NCBI GenBank assembly: GCA_048938445.1
Contig: JBHLME010000004.1
Span: 1-64,000, forward strand
Length of the DNA: 64,000 bases
From: Promethearchaeota archaeon
GTDB lineage: Archaea; Asgardarchaeota; Lokiarchaeia; Sigyniarchaeales; SOKP01
Reading direction: 5' to 3'
Shown: piece after piece, positions 60,712 through 64,000 of the stretch
Layout of the letters: the number at the start of each line of letters is the position of its first letter
Position numbering within the stretch: the first letter of the stretch is position 1
Made by a program: the position numbers and the translations under genes
Notes under the pieces: generated by a model
Database searches by the model: none
What the model saw: the letters and a program-made list of their open reading frames with translations, nothing else
What the model was told of the DNA's origin: nothing

Positions 60712-62652
60712 ATGGATACAAAGGATAAAAGTCGAATTTTCGTAGCTATCTGTCAATGAGGATTAAATATCACGGAAGTAATTGAATGTAAGACTTTAGC
60801 AGATTATACAAAAAATCTTCCTAATATTGTAGGCAGTGGGAGTTATATCAGTCTCTGTACTGCTTCGGGATCATCATTTATTCAGCAAAATATTGAGTCC
60901 ACTAAAGCCAATCGATTGATTATTGTTGCTTGAACGCCAAAGACACATGAGCCTGTTTTTAAAACAATATTAAAAAATATTGGAATTGATTCATCTTATT
61001 TAGAATTTGTAAATATAAGGGAACATTCCTCATTTGTCCATAGAAACGATAAGAATGGTGCATTGAATGTAGCAAAAGATCTTATTAGAGGAGCAATTGC
61101 TAGAGCCGCAAATTTAGAGAAAATTGCTATTAAAAAAATCGATTTAACTAAAAAAATATTAATAATAGGTGCTGGAGTAGCCGGATTATCAGCAGCAATA
61201 GATTTAGCGAATTTAGGTTTTGATGTGAATATCGTTGAAAAAAGACCTAGCATTGGGGGTCTTATGGCTAAACTTGATAGAACCTTTCCTACGGATGATT
61301 GTAGTATTTGAATATTAGGGCCGATTATGTTAAAAGTAGCGAATATTCCTAACATTCAATTGTTTACATATACAGATATTGAAGATATTTCAGGTCATAT
61401 TGGAAATTTTAAAATTCTTATAAAACAAAAAGCAAGATATGTTACTAATGATTGCAATGGATGCGGAGCCTGCGTAGAAGCGTGTCCTGCATATGGATTT
61501 GATGAATTTAATGAAAATCTCAACTCAAGAAGGGCAATATATATTTATTTTGCTCAAGCGGTACCTTTAACAGCTCAAATAGATATGGAACGTTGTATAA
61601 ATTGTAAATTATGAATAGATTCTTGTGAATTGAATGCTATTGATTTTAATCAGAAGGATGTATTTACAAATTTAAATGTGGGGTCAATAATTGTTACAAC
61701 CGGTCTCGATGTTCATAAAGGAAGAGAATATGGCAGAGGAAAATATCAAAACATATTAACTCAGCTTGAATTGGAAAGAATATTGGCTCCAAATGGACCA
61801 ACTTCTGGACATTTAGTAAGACCTTCTGATGGAAAGCGACCTAAGAAAATATTATTTATAAATTGAGCTGGCTCAAGAGATCGTAATAGTCATCCCTATT
61901 GTAGCGTTGTATGCTGTAATTTATCCGTAAAAAACTCAAAATTAATAAAAACAGAATACCCTGATACAGAAATAGTTGTAAGTTTTATAGATATGAGATG
62001 TGCTGGAAAGGACTATGAAGAATATTATAATAGAGCAAGAGATTGTGGAATAATATTTCTTAGGGGTCATGTTGGAAAAATAAAAGAAGATCCTACAACA
62101 AAAGACCTACTCGTACAAATTGAAGCCTTTAATATGGAACACTACTTGGAAATGAAATTTGAACTTATTGTGTTGTCTTCAGCGTCAATTCCTTCAAAAT
62201 ATGCAAAAAAAATAAAAAAAATCTTAGCTTTGGAAACAAGCAGAGATGGATTTTTTAAAGAAGTTCATTCACGTTTAAATTTAATCGATACTAAAATTCC
62301 AGGAATTTGCATTGCAGGAGCTGCACAAGGCCCAAAGTCAATACCAGAAGCGATAATTCAGGGAAGAGCTGCAGCATCTTCTTTGTCGGGTATTATGAAT
62401 AAGGATAAATATGAAATACTTCTCATTCGAGGATATATAGATAATCATTTATGCTCGAAATGTGGATTATGTCAATTAAATTGTCCTTACAATGCAATTA
62501 CAATAAATAATAATCATGCTGAAGTCAATGAGATTACTTGTAAGGGATGTGGAACTTGTTTAGCAAATTGTCCATCCGAAGCGATAACACTAAAATATTA
62601 TAGAGAAGCTCAATATGAAGAACAAATTGATGCTATACTATTTGAATCGTAG
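60712..62652 (+). CDS. hdrA: Heterodisulfide reductase subunit A, selenoprotein with 5 in-frame TGA (646 aa)
   Basis: Track ORFs 61063, 61327, 61630, 61993 share one frame; TGA at 60757, 60931, 61309, 61612, 61864, all at Cys motif positions; ends at TAG. Confidence 0.9.
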
Positions 62653-62703
62653 AATTGAATTAAAAATTAACAGTGTCTAAATTTAACAATATTAGCTAAT
62701 AAT

Positions 62704-62778
62704 AAAGCCCGTAAGAAGGATTCCTATGAAGAAATGCTAGTCATATGAGGACTCACCCTGCAAGGGAGCGGGTTTTTT
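62704..62778 (+). ncRNA. Structured 3' UTR element, SECIS candidate
   Basis: Closing stem AAAGCCCG/CGGGTTTT, inner TCCT-ATGA...TGA-GGA arm, CCCT-GCA-AGGG hairpin. Confidence 0.55.
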
Positions 62779-62819
62779 ATTAAATTTTTATATATAATAT
62801 CCTGTCAGGTGTTAATGAA

Positions 62820-63326
62820 ATGGTTGCAATTAATTATAAATTTCGGAATCAGATTCTTGAAAATGTTAATGGTTCAACATTGGCTTGTTGTTATCAATGT
62901 GCAACTTGTTCAGGAATTTGTCCTGTAGCACAAGTCACAAAAGGCAAATATAATCCTAGGAGATTAATACTTGATGCACTTTTGGGTTTGAGACACATGA
63001 TATTCGGTTTAGATAAAAATTTTAATATTTGGGGTTGTACTGTCTGTGATACATGTGATGAGGTTTGTCCTCAAAATGTTAAACTCACTGAAATCTTTAC
63101 CATTTTAAAAAATATAAGTGTCGAAAAGGGTGAAGCACCCGATTATTATTACATTCAAGCATCAAATATACTCGAGACTGCAAAAGCAATTCCAAGTCAA
63201 CCCGCTATCCAAAGAAGACGAAATCAATTAGGATTGCCTAAAATAATGGAGCCTGATGTTGCTGAAATAAAAAAACTCTTAAAAGCCACAAACCTTTCAA
63301 TGAAACTTCGAAAAATTAGAGAATAA
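62820..63326 (+). CDS. hdrC: Heterodisulfide reductase subunit C
   Basis: CYQCATCSGICP, NPRR, WGCTVCDTCDEVCPQ. Confidence 0.9.
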   Translation: MVAINYKFRNQILENVNGSTLACCYQCATCSGICPVAQVTKGKYNPRRLILDALLGLRHMIFGLDKNFNIWGCTVCDTCDEVCPQNVKLTEIFTILKNISVEKGEAPDYYYIQASNILETAKAIPSQPAIQRRRNQLGLPKIMEPDVAEIKKLLKATNLSMKLRKIRE

Positions 63327-63649
63327 TTGTTTTTTAAGAGTTGTATTTAATTTTTCACTCAACGATTTTTCTATATAATATCTAAAAAGAAATTATAAAT
63401 ATTTTCTTATATATTAAGTGAAAATACCTATACGAATACTCCAGTCAAACTCATCCTTTTTTATAACACCAATGATAAATTTAATAATCATATTTTTTAA
63501 ATTTATTAATATTTATCAAGAGAATAAAATTTCATTTCCTTTTCAAATTATTTAATCACATATACTTTCTAGGTTTTTGATTTCTATTTTTTACTCTAAA
63601 TAATCTATTAGTTTAAAAAAAAAAGAAATAATAATTTCATATCATTAAA

Positions 63650-64000
63650 TTAGCCTTTAACAACTTCAATAAGCTTAGGAAATATCCTAGGATAATGGAC
63701 TGCCATGCAGTGAACTCCTGCTAATAATTTTTTAGCTTTTAATTCAGTTACAAAAGGTTTTAAGAATTCATAGTTAGCTTGGTCGTATGCTTCATTTTGA
63801 TCCTTTTTATCTGTTATTTCTGTTTTTATTTTTTTCCATTTTTCAAGAATATCCTTCGGTACGTCCACCCCTGGAACAAACATATCAAATCCTTTTGCAA
63901 TCGCATAACTTTTCATTGGAAATAAGCCAAGTAAAACAGGAACTTTATATCGAAGGATTGCTCTTAAAAATTCAATAGTCTTATCTAGGTCATAAACAAC
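63650..64000 (-). CDS. Methylenetetrahydrofolate reductase-like protein, C-terminal part (runs off the window)
   Basis: Frame open to the window end: VVYDLD...VPVLLGLFPMKS...PGVDVP...GVHCM. Confidence 0.7.
   Translation of the reverse strand, partial: VVYDLDKTIEFLRAILRYKVPVLLGLFPMKSYAIAKGFDMFVPGVDVPKDILEKWKKIKTEITDKKDQNEAYDQANYEFLKPFVTELKAKKLLAGVHCMAVHYPRIFPKLIEVVKG

Noticed and set aside
60712-62652. hdrA as a fragmented pseudogene
   Set aside because: All five stops are TGA, in frame and at Cys positions, with no frameshifts or TAA/TAG
1865-63978. Many antisense or overlapping short ORFs in the track (e.g. 2976, 13287, 24647, 42237, 60996)
   Set aside because: Shadows of well-supported genes, with no motifs
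1-64000. Genome-wide UGA reassignment
   Set aside because: amtB, cdc48, mrp and others end at TGA at the expected lengths

Overview
AT-rich archaeal DNA, most consistent with an Asgard (Lokiarchaeia-like) genome. This is inferred from gene content: CdhA, Hdr/Mvh, Cdc48, a multi-UGA HdrA, GAGGTGA-type SD sites and T-rich terminators. 0-4.7 kb: signalling genes (7TM protein, RHH-HisKA-REC protein, PAS kinase). 6-26 kb: nitrogen-assimilation island with two divergent glnA/Lrp modules, NadE, amtB-sORF-glnK and glutamate synthase. 26-48 kb: stand-alone cdhA plus a metallocluster-assembly/redox island marked by a recurring TATGAATAATTATTCATA palindrome. 48-54 kb: operon encoding a winged-HTH-HdrA-MvhD fusion, [NiFe]-hydrogenase small and large subunits (no C-terminal maturation tail) and a longin/DENN-like candidate; this is the best candidate for a novel H2/redox-sensing system. 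54-60.6 kb: four paralogous unknown proteins around an MtdA/B-like gene and cdc48, two of them with near-identical promoters. 60.7-63.3 kb: hdrA with five in-frame TGA codons at Cys positions (selenocysteine), a structured 3' UTR (SECIS candidate) and hdrC. No rRNA, tRNA, CRISPR or transposase was recognised. All product calls come from motif recognition, not database searches.
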